From Pseudomonadota bacterium (GTDB lineage Bacteria; Pseudomonadota; Alphaproteobacteria; Rhodobacterales; Rhodobacteraceae), in the NCBI GenBank assembly GCA_040385165.1, contig JAZKHX010000002.1, positions 310,370 to 374,369 of the forward strand: DNA of 64,000 nucleotides, written 5' to 3'. Shown piece by piece: positions 28,977-37,549 of this stretch. Below the pieces are notes generated by a model. It worked only from the letters and a program-made list of their open reading frames with translations, did not search any database and was not told where the DNA came from. Every line of letters starts with the position of its first letter. The stretch's first letter is position 1. Made by a program: the position numbers and the translations under genes.

Positions 28977-30113
28977 CTACCTCTGGGCGAGGCTTCCCGC
29001 CGTCTCGTCGACCTTCAGCAGCATATCCATCAGAAGTGCGGCAGGGTCAAGGTTGACCGCCTTGCCGCGCCGGGCCCGGGCCGCAAGCGACTGTGCAAGC
29101 TCGGCCCAGGCGCGGGCGGCGATGGTGTGCGGTGCAAGGCGCGCCAGAAGCTGCGGCTCGCCGGGGGCGGCTTCGGGGGGCAGTTGTCCGATGACGCCGT
29201 GGCGCGACAGCCGGGCAAGGAAGAGATCGATCAGGGTGACGAGAAGGTCGAAGGTTTCCGCAGCTCCGCGCGCGCCGGCAAGATCGGCCAGCGCCAGCGC
29301 CTGCGGACGATCAAGCCTCGGGAGCGTGGCAAAGAGCCGGACAAGGGCTGCGTAGAGTTTCAGCCCGTCGAGGTTCGTCAGCCGGAACGCCTCGCCCACC
29401 GAACCGCCCGAAAGTTCGGCCAGGGCGATACGGTCCCCGGGGGCGACCTCGCCACCCGCCTGGGTCAGCGCATTGGCCAGATCCTGCGGGCCAAGAGGCG
29501 TGAGGCGCAGCTCGCGGCAGCGCGAGCGGATGGTCGGCAACAGGCGCGCGGGCTGATGCGCGATCAGGAAAAACGTCACGTTTGCAGGCGGTTCCTCCAG
29601 AAGCTTCAGCAGTGCGTTGGCTGCGGCGGTGTTCATCTCGTCCAGGCTGTCAACGATCGCAGTGCGGTGGCCGCCATCGGCAGCGGACAGCGCGAAAAAG
29701 CTTTTCATCTTGCGCACCTCGTCGACCGAGATGACCTGGCTGAGCGCGGTTTCCTTCTCGTTCGGGCCACGGCGAAGCAGGAAATGCCGCGCTTCGGCCC
29801 CTTGCAGCAAGCGCCGGGCGATGGGGTGGCTGTCGGGAATGTCCAGCGAGTCGGGGGGAGGGGGCGCAAACATGCCGCCGTCATCCGGTGGCGTGGCCAG
29901 CAGGAACCGGGCCAGACGCCAGGCCAGCGTCGCCTTGCCGACCCCTTTGGGGCCGGTCAGCATCCAGGCGTGGTGCAGCCTGCCGGACAGGTATGTGCGC
30001 AGGAAATCGGCCTGTGGATCGACATGCCCGAACAGCACGCGGGTTTCGCGCGGATGGGGGGCACCCTCCAGGCGGTCGGGTTCGGGAAGCGGTTCGGACT
30101 TCGGATCGGCCAT
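28977..30113 (-). CDS. holB: DNA polymerase III subunit delta'
   Basis: Trimmed to ATG 30113. HHAWMLTGPKGVGKATLA clamp-loader motif. 378 aa. Confidence 0.85.
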   Translation of the reverse strand: MADPKSEPLPEPDRLEGAPHPRETRVLFGHVDPQADFLRTYLSGRLHHAWMLTGPKGVGKATLAWRLARFLLATPPDDGGMFAPPPPDSLDIPDSHPIARRLLQGAEARHFLLRRGPNEKETALSQVISVDEVRKMKSFFALSAADGGHRTAIVDSLDEMNTAAANALLKLLEEPPANVTFFLIAHQPARLLPTIRSRCRELRLTPLGPQDLANALTQAGGEVAPGDRIALAELSGGSVGEAFRLTNLDGLKLYAALVRLFATLPRLDRPQALALADLAGARGAAETFDLLVTLIDLFLARLSRHGVIGQLPPEAAPGEPQLLARLAPHTIAARAWAELAQSLAARARRGKAVNLDPAALLMDMLLKVDETAGSLAQR

Positions 30114-30270
30114 GGCGCGCAGATTGCATGGCCGGGGGGGCGGGGGAAAGGGGGTGCAAGCCGCGGTGTGGTTGGCGCGGGGCCAGAGGGCAGCGTTTTG
30201 CCGCCATCGCGGCAGGGCAGGACAAAGCCCCGTGTTCGGGCAGAGGTTAGGCAGGGCGATGGCTCCGGCC

Positions 30271-31155
30271 TCAGCCTGACACGGCGGTCGCATCTGGTGT
30301 GCTGACATGGCGGGCGGCTGCCTGCGATGCGGCTTGGGCCGCCTCGCGCAGGGGGGCGCCCTTGACCAGAGCCGCAGCCAACGCCCCGATGAAGGCGTCC
30401 CCGGCGCCATGGCTCGACACGGCCTGGACCTTTTCTGCGGGCAGCGCGAAGCCCTCGTCATCCGGCCCGACCGCCGCCAGCCCCGTGCTGCCTGCGGTCA
30501 CGATCACGGCCTCGAACCGGTCGGCCAGCAGCCTGGCCGCGTCGGTGGCACTTTCCAGACTGCGGACCGGACCGGCCCCCATCATCTCGGCCTCGACCGA
30601 GTTGACCACGATCAGATCGATCAGCGGCACGAGATCGGCGGGCAATACCCGTGCCGGGGCGGCATTCAGCAGCGTGCGGATGCCGCGCGCCCGGGCCTGC
30701 CGCGCCGCCGCGATGTTCAGCGCCTCGGGGACTTCGTTCTGCAGGATCAAGAGGCCGACATCCTGCCAGAGGGCGTCGGCATCCAGCGCGCCCGGATCGG
30801 ACCGCAGATTGGCCCCCGAAACGATGGTGGCGGCATAGTCGCCCGCGATGTCCAGGATCGCGATGCTCATCCCCGAGCCGACACCGGGCACGGTTGCGAC
30901 GAAGGCATCCTCCACGCCGCCGCTCCGCAGGGCGCGGCGCAGGAAACCGCCGAAATCGTCGTCCCCGATGGCCCCGAACATCCGGCAGGCCACACCCGCG
31001 CGGGCCACGGCGACCGCCTGGTTGCCGCCCTTGCCGCCAAATTTCGGATACCAGGCCGTCCCCACGGCGGTTTCGTCCTTGCGGGGCAGGTGGTCGGCCT
31101 TGACCATGATGTCATAGTGCAGGCTGCCGATGACAAGAACTGTGGGCTGGGTCAC
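30271..31155 (-). CDS. PfkB-family sugar kinase (ribokinase-like)
   Basis: FGGKGGNQAVA and GAGDAF motifs. 294 aa. Confidence 0.85.
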   Translation of the reverse strand: MTQPTVLVIGSLHYDIMVKADHLPRKDETAVGTAWYPKFGGKGGNQAVAVARAGVACRMFGAIGDDDFGGFLRRALRSGGVEDAFVATVPGVGSGMSIAILDIAGDYAATIVSGANLRSDPGALDADALWQDVGLLILQNEVPEALNIAAARQARARGIRTLLNAAPARVLPADLVPLIDLIVVNSVEAEMMGAGPVRSLESATDAARLLADRFEAVIVTAGSTGLAAVGPDDEGFALPAEKVQAVSSHGAGDAFIGALAAALVKGAPLREAAQAASQAAARHVSTPDATAVSG

Positions 31156-31266
31156 GCTCTTTCCCTACGGTTTTTGCCCGATCCGCGCCGCGCGCATGGT
31201 GCGGGACGGGCTCTGGGTCGCGGCCGAACCTCCTAGACACGGCGCGGGGTCATGGCCGCCCTTGTC

Positions 31267-32778
31267 CTACATCACCGCGCCGATCTGCCAGGGTACGAAC
31301 TCGGCACCGCCAAAACCCAGCTCCTCGGACAGGGTCCGTGCGCCCGAAGCGACGGCGATGATCTTCTCCAGAATCTCCGCGCCTTTCGCCTCGATCGAAA
31401 CACCGTCGATGATGTCGCCGCAGTTGATGTCCATGTCCTCGGCCATCCGCTGATACATCTCGGTGTTGGTGGCCAGCTTGATGCAGGGGCTGGGCTTGTA
31501 GCCGGACACCGATCCGCGCCCGGTGGTGAAGACGATCATCGTCGCGCCGCTTGCGATCTGGCCGGTGACGCTGCACGGGTCATAGCCAGGACTGTCCATG
31601 TAGACAAAGCCCGGCGTGGTGATCGGCTCGGCGAACTTGTAGACGCCGGACAGGGGCGCGGTGCCGCCCTTGGCCACGGCACCCAGGGATTTCTCCAGGA
31701 TCGTGGTCAGCCCGCCGCGCTTGTTGCCGGGGCTGGGGTTGTTGTCCATCTCGCCGCCGTTGATCGCGGTGTAGTTTTCCCACCACCTGATCCGGTCGAT
31801 GAGCTTTTCGCCGATGTCCGGGCTGGTTGCGCGGCAGGTCAGGAGATGCTCGGCCCCGTAGATCTCGGGCGTCTCGGACAGGATCGTCGTTCCGCCCATC
31901 CGCACCAGCAGGTCGCTCGCGTGGCCAAGGGCCGGGTTCGCCGTGATCCCCGAATAGCCGTCCGACCCGCCGCATTGCAGCCCGATGATCAGTTTTGACA
32001 CCGGGGCCGGCGCACGCCCGACCTTCGAGGCGACCTCTGCCATCTCGCGCAGCACCTCCAGCCCCTTGGCGATGGTCGCGCGCGTGCCGCCGGTGACCTG
32101 GATCGTCATGTAGCGGAAGTTGCCGTCGGGGCGCAGTCGTCCCTGACCGACAAGGTCCGGCACCTGCATCACCTCGCAGCCCAGGCCGACCAAGAGGATG
32201 CCGCCGAAGTTCGCGTTGCGCGCATAGCCCTTCAGCGTGCGCATCAGGGTGTCATAGCCCTCGTTCACCCCCGACATGCCGCAGCCGGTGTTGTGGACGA
32301 TGGGGACGAAACCGTCGATGTTGGGCATCGCGGACAGGACCGGGTCTTTTTCCGCGGCTTCGGCGATGAAGCGGGCCACGGACCCCGAGCAGTTCACCGA
32401 GGTCAGGATGCCGATGTAGTTTCGCGTGCCCACCTGGCCATCGGCGCGGTGATAGCCCAGAAACTCGCGCACCGGGAGCGCGGGCAGGGCGGTCGCCTGC
32501 GTGCCCATGGCATAGTCCGTGCTGTGCGGTCCCATGCCAAGGTTGTGGCTGTGGATATGCCCGCCCTCGGGGATGTCCTCGGTTGCCTGGCCGATGGACT
32601 GGCCATAGCGCAGCACGATCTCGCCCCTGGCAATCGCGCGGGTCGCCAGCTTGTGGCCCCGCGGCACCGGGCCGGGCAGGGGGACGGCGACACCCGAGAC
32701 ACTTGCCCCCTTGGCGAGATCGCCCAGCGCGATGACAAGGTTGTCTGTCGCGTGCAATCTGATAGTCGCATCCGCCAT
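31267..32778 (-). CDS. UxaA-family sugar-acid dehydratase (altronate/galactarate dehydratase type)
   Basis: N-terminal SAF domain plus a large C-terminal domain. Trimmed to ATG 32778, which is preceded by GGAGGA. Confidence 0.9.
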   Translation of the reverse strand: MADATIRLHATDNLVIALGDLAKGASVSGVAVPLPGPVPRGHKLATRAIARGEIVLRYGQSIGQATEDIPEGGHIHSHNLGMGPHSTDYAMGTQATALPALPVREFLGYHRADGQVGTRNYIGILTSVNCSGSVARFIAEAAEKDPVLSAMPNIDGFVPIVHNTGCGMSGVNEGYDTLMRTLKGYARNANFGGILLVGLGCEVMQVPDLVGQGRLRPDGNFRYMTIQVTGGTRATIAKGLEVLREMAEVASKVGRAPAPVSKLIIGLQCGGSDGYSGITANPALGHASDLLVRMGGTTILSETPEIYGAEHLLTCRATSPDIGEKLIDRIRWWENYTAINGGEMDNNPSPGNKRGGLTTILEKSLGAVAKGGTAPLSGVYKFAEPITTPGFVYMDSPGYDPCSVTGQIASGATMIVFTTGRGSVSGYKPSPCIKLATNTEMYQRMAEDMDINCGDIIDGVSIEAKGAEILEKIIAVASGARTLSEELGFGGAEFVPWQIGAVM

Positions 32779-32810
32779 GATATCCTCCATCCCGGCCCGC
32801 GTGTCGTTTC

Positions 32811-32843
32811 TTGACAGGCGGGCCGCCAAGCCTAACATGTTAG
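32811..32843 (+). promoter_or_regulatory. gntR promoter: TTGACA, 16-nt spacer, TAACAT embedded in the palindromic operator CTAACATGTTAG (32832-32843)
   Basis: Perfect -35 at 32811-32816 and a -10-like TAACAT at 32833-32838. The gntR ATG (32845) lies 7 nt after the -10. Confidence 0.6.
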
Positions 32844-32844
32844 C

Positions 32845-33585
32845 ATGCTACAAGCGCCGCCGACCGGACCACAAGACCAGAATGGCGCGACGCGGCTGTT
32901 GCCGCTGGACCGCTTTCAGGGATCGCTTGGCCAGCGGGTATACCTCAGCCTGAAACACGCGATCCTCACGCTTGCCTTCCGCCCGGGCGACATCGTCCGC
33001 AAGCCCGAGATCTGCGAGCGTCTTGGCGTCTCGCGCAGCCCTGTCGCCGATGCGGTGGCGCGCCTTGCCGCCGACGGGCTGGTGGACGTGGTGCCGCAGG
33101 CGGGGACCTTCGTGACCCGGCTCTCGATGACCGACATCCGCGAAGGGGCCTTCATCCGCGAGGCGATCGAGGTGGCCGCAGCCGAGCTTGTCGCGCCGAT
33201 GATCACCGAAGACCAGCTGCGCGACCTGCGCCGCAATCTTCGGTTGCAAGAGGCGCTGGTTGCGGACGCCGACCGCCAGGGGTTCATGGCGCTCGATGCC
33301 CAGATGCACGAGATGATGCTCTCCTTCACCGGCTTTCCCCGCTTGCCGCAGGTGTCGCAGACCGCCTGGCTCAGCGTGAATCGCGCCCGGCAGCTGATCC
33401 TGCCGGTCGAAGGCAGGTTGCAGGCGACCCTGGACGAACACCGCCTGATCCTGGCCGCGTTCGAGGCCCATGACGCAAAAGCCGCGCGTCTGGCCGTGCA
33501 ACAGCATTTGCGCCAGTTGCTGATCTATCTGCAGCCGCTGGAACGCGACCACCCGGAACTTTTCGCACCCCCGGGGCAACCATGA
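32845..33585 (+). CDS. GntR/FadR-family transcriptional regulator (likely regulator of the sugar locus)
   Basis: wHTH EICERLGVSRSPVADAVARL plus an FCD-like domain. No SD is possible because the operator abuts the ATG. Confidence 0.8.
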   Translation: MLQAPPTGPQDQNGATRLLPLDRFQGSLGQRVYLSLKHAILTLAFRPGDIVRKPEICERLGVSRSPVADAVARLAADGLVDVVPQAGTFVTRLSMTDIREGAFIREAIEVAAAELVAPMITEDQLRDLRRNLRLQEALVADADRQGFMALDAQMHEMMLSFTGFPRLPQVSQTAWLSVNRARQLILPVEGRLQATLDEHRLILAAFEAHDAKAARLAVQQHLRQLLIYLQPLERDHPELFAPPGQP

Positions 33586-34544
33586 CCCTGCCCAACCGTC
33601 CGCGCTATGCCACCCGGCTGAACGCCTTCAAGGCGAAGGGCGACACCGTGGCCCAGATGATCGCCGCCGCTTCCCGCGTCGGAGGTCTGGATGCGGCGGA
33701 TCTGAACTTTCCCGACCACTTCGACCACCACAGTCCGGCGGAACTGTCGAAGATCCTGGCCGATCACGGCCTGGCGCTGAACGGTCTGGCGATGCGCTAT
33801 TACACCGATCCGGGCTTCCGGCTTGGGGCGTTCTCGCATCCCGATCCGACCACCCGCCGAGCCGCCATCGACCTGACCAAACGCGGAATCGACGCCGTGG
33901 CCGCGATGGGCGGGCGGCTGATGACGCTGTGGCTGGGGCAGGACGGGTTCGACTATTCCTTCCAGGCCGATTACGCGCGGATGTGGGACGACAGCATCGC
34001 TGCCATAGCCGAGGTTGCCGACCACAACCCCGCCATCGACATCGCCATCGAATACAAACCGAACGAGCCCCGCGCCCATGTCGTCATGCCCGACATGACC
34101 ACAACGCTTCTGGCGCTGGCCGAGGTCAGGCGGCCCAACACCGGGGTCACGCTGGATTTCTGCCACATGCTGTTTGCCGGCGAGATGCCCGCCCGGGCGG
34201 CGATGCTGGCGGGCCGCAAAAGCCGCATCCTCGGCGTCCATCTCAACGACGGCTACGGCAAACGCGATGACGGGCTGATCGCGGGGTCGGTGCATCCGGT
34301 GCAGACGGTCGAGCTGTTCGTGGAGCTGGACCGGCTGGGCTATGACGGGGTGATCTATTTCGACACCTTCCCCGACCACGGCGGCACCGATCCGGTGGGC
34401 GAAGCCCGCGCCAACATCGCCGTCACTGACCGGCTGCGGGCCGTTGCCCGGACCCTGGCCGGGAACGCCGATCTGGCCGAAGCGCAAGCCCGGCAGGACG
34501 CCGCCGCCGCAACCCGCATCATCATGACGACGCTTTACGGCTAG
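33582..34544 (+). CDS. xylose-isomerase-like TIM-barrel sugar(-phosphate) isomerase/epimerase
   Basis: 320 aa, AP-endonuclease-2/xylose isomerase-like TIM barrel pattern. ATGA overlap with gntR. Confidence 0.8.
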   Translation: MTLPNRPRYATRLNAFKAKGDTVAQMIAAASRVGGLDAADLNFPDHFDHHSPAELSKILADHGLALNGLAMRYYTDPGFRLGAFSHPDPTTRRAAIDLTKRGIDAVAAMGGRLMTLWLGQDGFDYSFQADYARMWDDSIAAIAEVADHNPAIDIAIEYKPNEPRAHVVMPDMTTTLLALAEVRRPNTGVTLDFCHMLFAGEMPARAAMLAGRKSRILGVHLNDGYGKRDDGLIAGSVHPVQTVELFVELDRLGYDGVIYFDTFPDHGGTDPVGEARANIAVTDRLRAVARTLAGNADLAEAQARQDAAAATRIIMTTLYG

Positions 34545-35560
34545 CGCGCGTCGGCGCGGATCAACCCCTCGGCGTGCAACTCCTCCCACAGCGCCTGCGG
34601 GATCTTCGCGGTTGCTGCCTGCAAGTTCGACGCCATCTCGGCCAAACCCTGTCCGCCGGGAATGACCGACACCACCGCCGGATGCCGCAGCGGGAACTGG
34701 AACGCCGCGTCCACCAGCCGCACCCCGTGCGCCGCGCAGACCGCTTGCAGCCGCGCCGCCTTGGTCATCACCCAGTCCGGTGCCGGAGCGTAGTTCCAAT
34801 GCGCGCCCGGTCGTGGCCCTGTCGCCAGAATGCCCGAGTTGTAGGGCCCGCCCACCACGATCCCGACGCCCCGTTTCTGGCACAGGGGCAGAAAGCTTTC
34901 CTGCGCTTCCTGCTCCAAGAGCGTATAGCGGCCTGCCAGCAGAAAGATGTCGAAATCGCCCCGCTCCAGCAGCCACTGGCAGGGCTGCCATTCGTTCAGC
35001 CCTCCGCCGAAGGCCCGGATCACCCGCTGATCGCGCAAGGACAGCAACGCCCGGTAGCCGCCCGCCATGAATTCACCCAGCCGGGCCTGCAACGCCTCGG
35101 GCGTGCCGTGGTTGAAGATGTCCAGGTCGTGGGCATAAAGCACGTCGATCCGGTCGACCCCCAGCCGTTCCAGCGAAAATTCCAGGCTGCGCATCGTGGC
35201 ATCATAGCCGTAGTCGTAGATTTCCTTGCGGGACGGCACGTCGATCCACTTGCCGATGCCGTCGCGCTGGTCCGGGGGGACCGCCCGCAAAAGCCGTCCC
35301 ACCTTCGATGACAGCACATAGCTGTCACGCGGCTTGCCCCGCAAAAGCCGGTTCAGCCGCGTCTCCGACAGCCCCAGACCATACAGGGGCGCGGTATCGA
35401 AATAGCGCACGCCCCCGGCCCATGCCGCCTCCAGCACCGCATGGGCATCGTCATCCGAGATGGCCCGGAAGAGGTTGCCGATCGGGGCCGCTCCGAACCC
35501 GAGTTCGGAGAAGGTGAGCCCCCCGTTTTCCAGCCGATCCCAGTGTCTTGTGGCCAGCAT
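34541..35560 (-). CDS. aldo/keto reductase (D-threo-aldose / L-fucose 1-dehydrogenase-like)
   Basis: Trimmed to ATG 35560 (GGAGGA upstream). LGFGAAPIGN..GVRYFDTAPLYG motifs. 339 aa. Confidence 0.85.
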   Translation of the reverse strand: MLATRHWDRLENGGLTFSELGFGAAPIGNLFRAISDDDAHAVLEAAWAGGVRYFDTAPLYGLGLSETRLNRLLRGKPRDSYVLSSKVGRLLRAVPPDQRDGIGKWIDVPSRKEIYDYGYDATMRSLEFSLERLGVDRIDVLYAHDLDIFNHGTPEALQARLGEFMAGGYRALLSLRDQRVIRAFGGGLNEWQPCQWLLERGDFDIFLLAGRYTLLEQEAQESFLPLCQKRGVGIVVGGPYNSGILATGPRPGAHWNYAPAPDWVMTKAARLQAVCAAHGVRLVDAAFQFPLRHPAVVSVIPGGQGLAEMASNLQAATAKIPQALWEELHAEGLIRADAR

Positions 35561-35577
35561 CTGCGTCCTCCCCGAGG

Positions 35578-35589
35578 CTGACATGCTAG
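35578..35589. promoter_or_regulatory. operator copy 2 (CTGACATGCTAG, 10/12 to the palindrome)
   Basis: Lies between the divergent AKR and btpA-like genes and is followed by TATG, as at site 4. Confidence 0.5.
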
Positions 35590-35650
35590 TATGATCCTGC
35601 TTCCCGTCCAACAGCTTTCGCGGTAGCGTGACCGCAAAGGAGGGGCCCTC

Positions 35651-36463
35651 ATGTCGCGTTTTCAGGCTGTTTTCGGCGACCGGAAGCCCGTCATCGCCAT
35701 GGTGCATCTCGGGGCCTCGCCCGGCGCGCCGCTGCATGACGCGATGGGCGGAGTGGACGGAATTCTGGCGGCGGCCCGCGCCGATCTGCGCGCGTTGCAG
35801 GCCGCAGGTTTCGATGCGGTGATGTTCGGCAACGAAAACGACCGGCCCTACGAGCTGAAGGTCGACACCGCGACTTCGGCGACCATGGCCTATGTCATCG
35901 GGCGGCTGCGCGAGGAAATCACCGTGCCCTTTGGCGTCAACGTCCTGTGGGATCCGATGTCCAGTTTCGCCGTCGCCGCCGCCACCGGGGCCGCCTTCGT
36001 GCGCGAGATCTTCACCGGCACCTATGCCTCGGACATGGGTGTCTGGGCCCCCGATGCCGGGGCCGCCGTCCGCTATGCGCAGCGGCTTGGGGCCGGAGGC
36101 GTCGCCCGCCTTTACAACGTCTCGGCCGAGTTCGCCGACAGCCTCGACCGCCGTCCCTTGCCCGACCGCGCCCGATCCGCCGTCTTCTCCTCGATCCCCG
36201 ATGCAGTGCTGGTGTCCGGTGCGATCACCGGCGAGGCCGCACGGATGGAGGACCTGGAAGGCGTCAAGCGCGTGCTGCCCACCACCCCCGTCCTCGCCAA
36301 CACGGGCGTCAAGCACGCCACTGTCGCCGATGTCCTCGCCGTGGCCGATGGCTGCATCGTGGGGTCCGCGCTGAAGGTGGGTGGCGACACCTGGGCCGCC
36401 GTCGACCCCGACCGCGCCGCCGATTTCATGGCCCGCGCCCGCGCGGCACGGGGGGGCAGATGA
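35651..36463 (+). CDS. BtpA/SgcQ-family TIM-barrel protein
   Basis: 270 aa. KPVIAMVHLGASPG.. and the overall pattern match the BtpA family. AAAGGAGG SD. Confidence 0.8.
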   Translation: MSRFQAVFGDRKPVIAMVHLGASPGAPLHDAMGGVDGILAAARADLRALQAAGFDAVMFGNENDRPYELKVDTATSATMAYVIGRLREEITVPFGVNVLWDPMSSFAVAAATGAAFVREIFTGTYASDMGVWAPDAGAAVRYAQRLGAGGVARLYNVSAEFADSLDRRPLPDRARSAVFSSIPDAVLVSGAITGEAARMEDLEGVKRVLPTTPVLANTGVKHATVADVLAVADGCIVGSALKVGGDTWAAVDPDRAADFMARARAARGGR

Positions 36464-37548
36464 CGCTGCCCTCCGTCGCCGATCTGACCGTGCAGTTGAT
36501 GCTGATTCCCGGGCTGTCCGGCCACGAAACCCGCGTTGCCGCTGCCATCGCCGCGCATCTGGACAGCCTCGGCCTTCCGCACCGCTCCGACCGCCTTGGC
36601 AACCTGAGTTGCACGATCCCCGGCGACCCGGCCCTGCCCCCAGTGATGGTCTTCACCCACATGGACCAGCTTGGCTTCGTCGTCCGCAAGGTGGAGCCCA
36701 CCGGCCTCATCCGCCTCGAACGCCTCGGCGGTGTGCCGGAACGGGCTTTGCCTGCGCAGGCCGTCCTTCTTTGCACCGAAGCCGGAGACCTCCCGGCCGT
36801 CATCGCCAACAAAAGCCACCACGCCACCAGCCCTGAGGAGAAGTACAAGGTCCTCCCCTACGCCGACCTCTACGTCGACGCGGGCTTCGCCTCCAAGGCC
36901 GAGGCCGAAGCCGCAGGCGTCCGCATCGGCACCCCCGTCACCTACCTTCCCCGCGCATTGACCCTCGCCAACGGCCGCCTCGCCGGAACCTCGGTCGACG
37001 ACCGCGCGGGCTGCGCTGCGCTCCTCAAACTCGCCGAAGCCCGCACAGGAAAACCCGGCCCCACCCTCCACCTCGTCTGGTCGGTGCAAGAGGAGTTCAA
37101 CCTCCGCGGCGTGCTTCCCGCCGCCACCGCGCTCCACCCCGCCATCGCGCTGCAGATCGACCTCCTTCTCGCCTGCGACACGCCGGACATGACGACGCGA
37201 GGCGACGTCACCCTCGGCGGCGGCCCCGGCATCAGCCTCTACTCCTTCCACGGGCGCGGCACCCTGAACGGCGTCATCCCGCACCCCGCGCTCGTCCGCC
37301 TGTTCGAGGACGCCGCCACGACCGCCAACCTTCCCCTGCAACGCTCTGCCCATACCGGGGCGCTCACCGACCTTTCCTATATCCAGTTCATGGGAACCGA
37401 GGGCGTCGCCTGTCTCGATGTCGGTTTCCCGATGCGGTATTCGCATTCCGCGCTGGAGGTCGTCGATCCGCAGGACCTGAACGGCCTCGTCACCCTCCTC
37501 GACACCGCACTGTCTGCCATCACCCCCGACCTGAAGCTGACCCGCTGA
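36460..37548 (+). CDS. M42-family metallopeptidase-like protein (SgcX/FrvX type)
   Basis: Only the last 362 codons of the 533-aa track ORF are credible. ATGA overlap with the btpA-like gene. PGLSGHE and DDRAGC motifs. Confidence 0.8.
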   Translation: MTLPSVADLTVQLMLIPGLSGHETRVAAAIAAHLDSLGLPHRSDRLGNLSCTIPGDPALPPVMVFTHMDQLGFVVRKVEPTGLIRLERLGGVPERALPAQAVLLCTEAGDLPAVIANKSHHATSPEEKYKVLPYADLYVDAGFASKAEAEAAGVRIGTPVTYLPRALTLANGRLAGTSVDDRAGCAALLKLAEARTGKPGPTLHLVWSVQEEFNLRGVLPAATALHPAIALQIDLLLACDTPDMTTRGDVTLGGGPGISLYSFHGRGTLNGVIPHPALVRLFEDAATTANLPLQRSAHTGALTDLSYIQFMGTEGVACLDVGFPMRYSHSALEVVDPQDLNGLVTLLDTALSAITPDLKLTR

Positions 37549-37549
37549 T

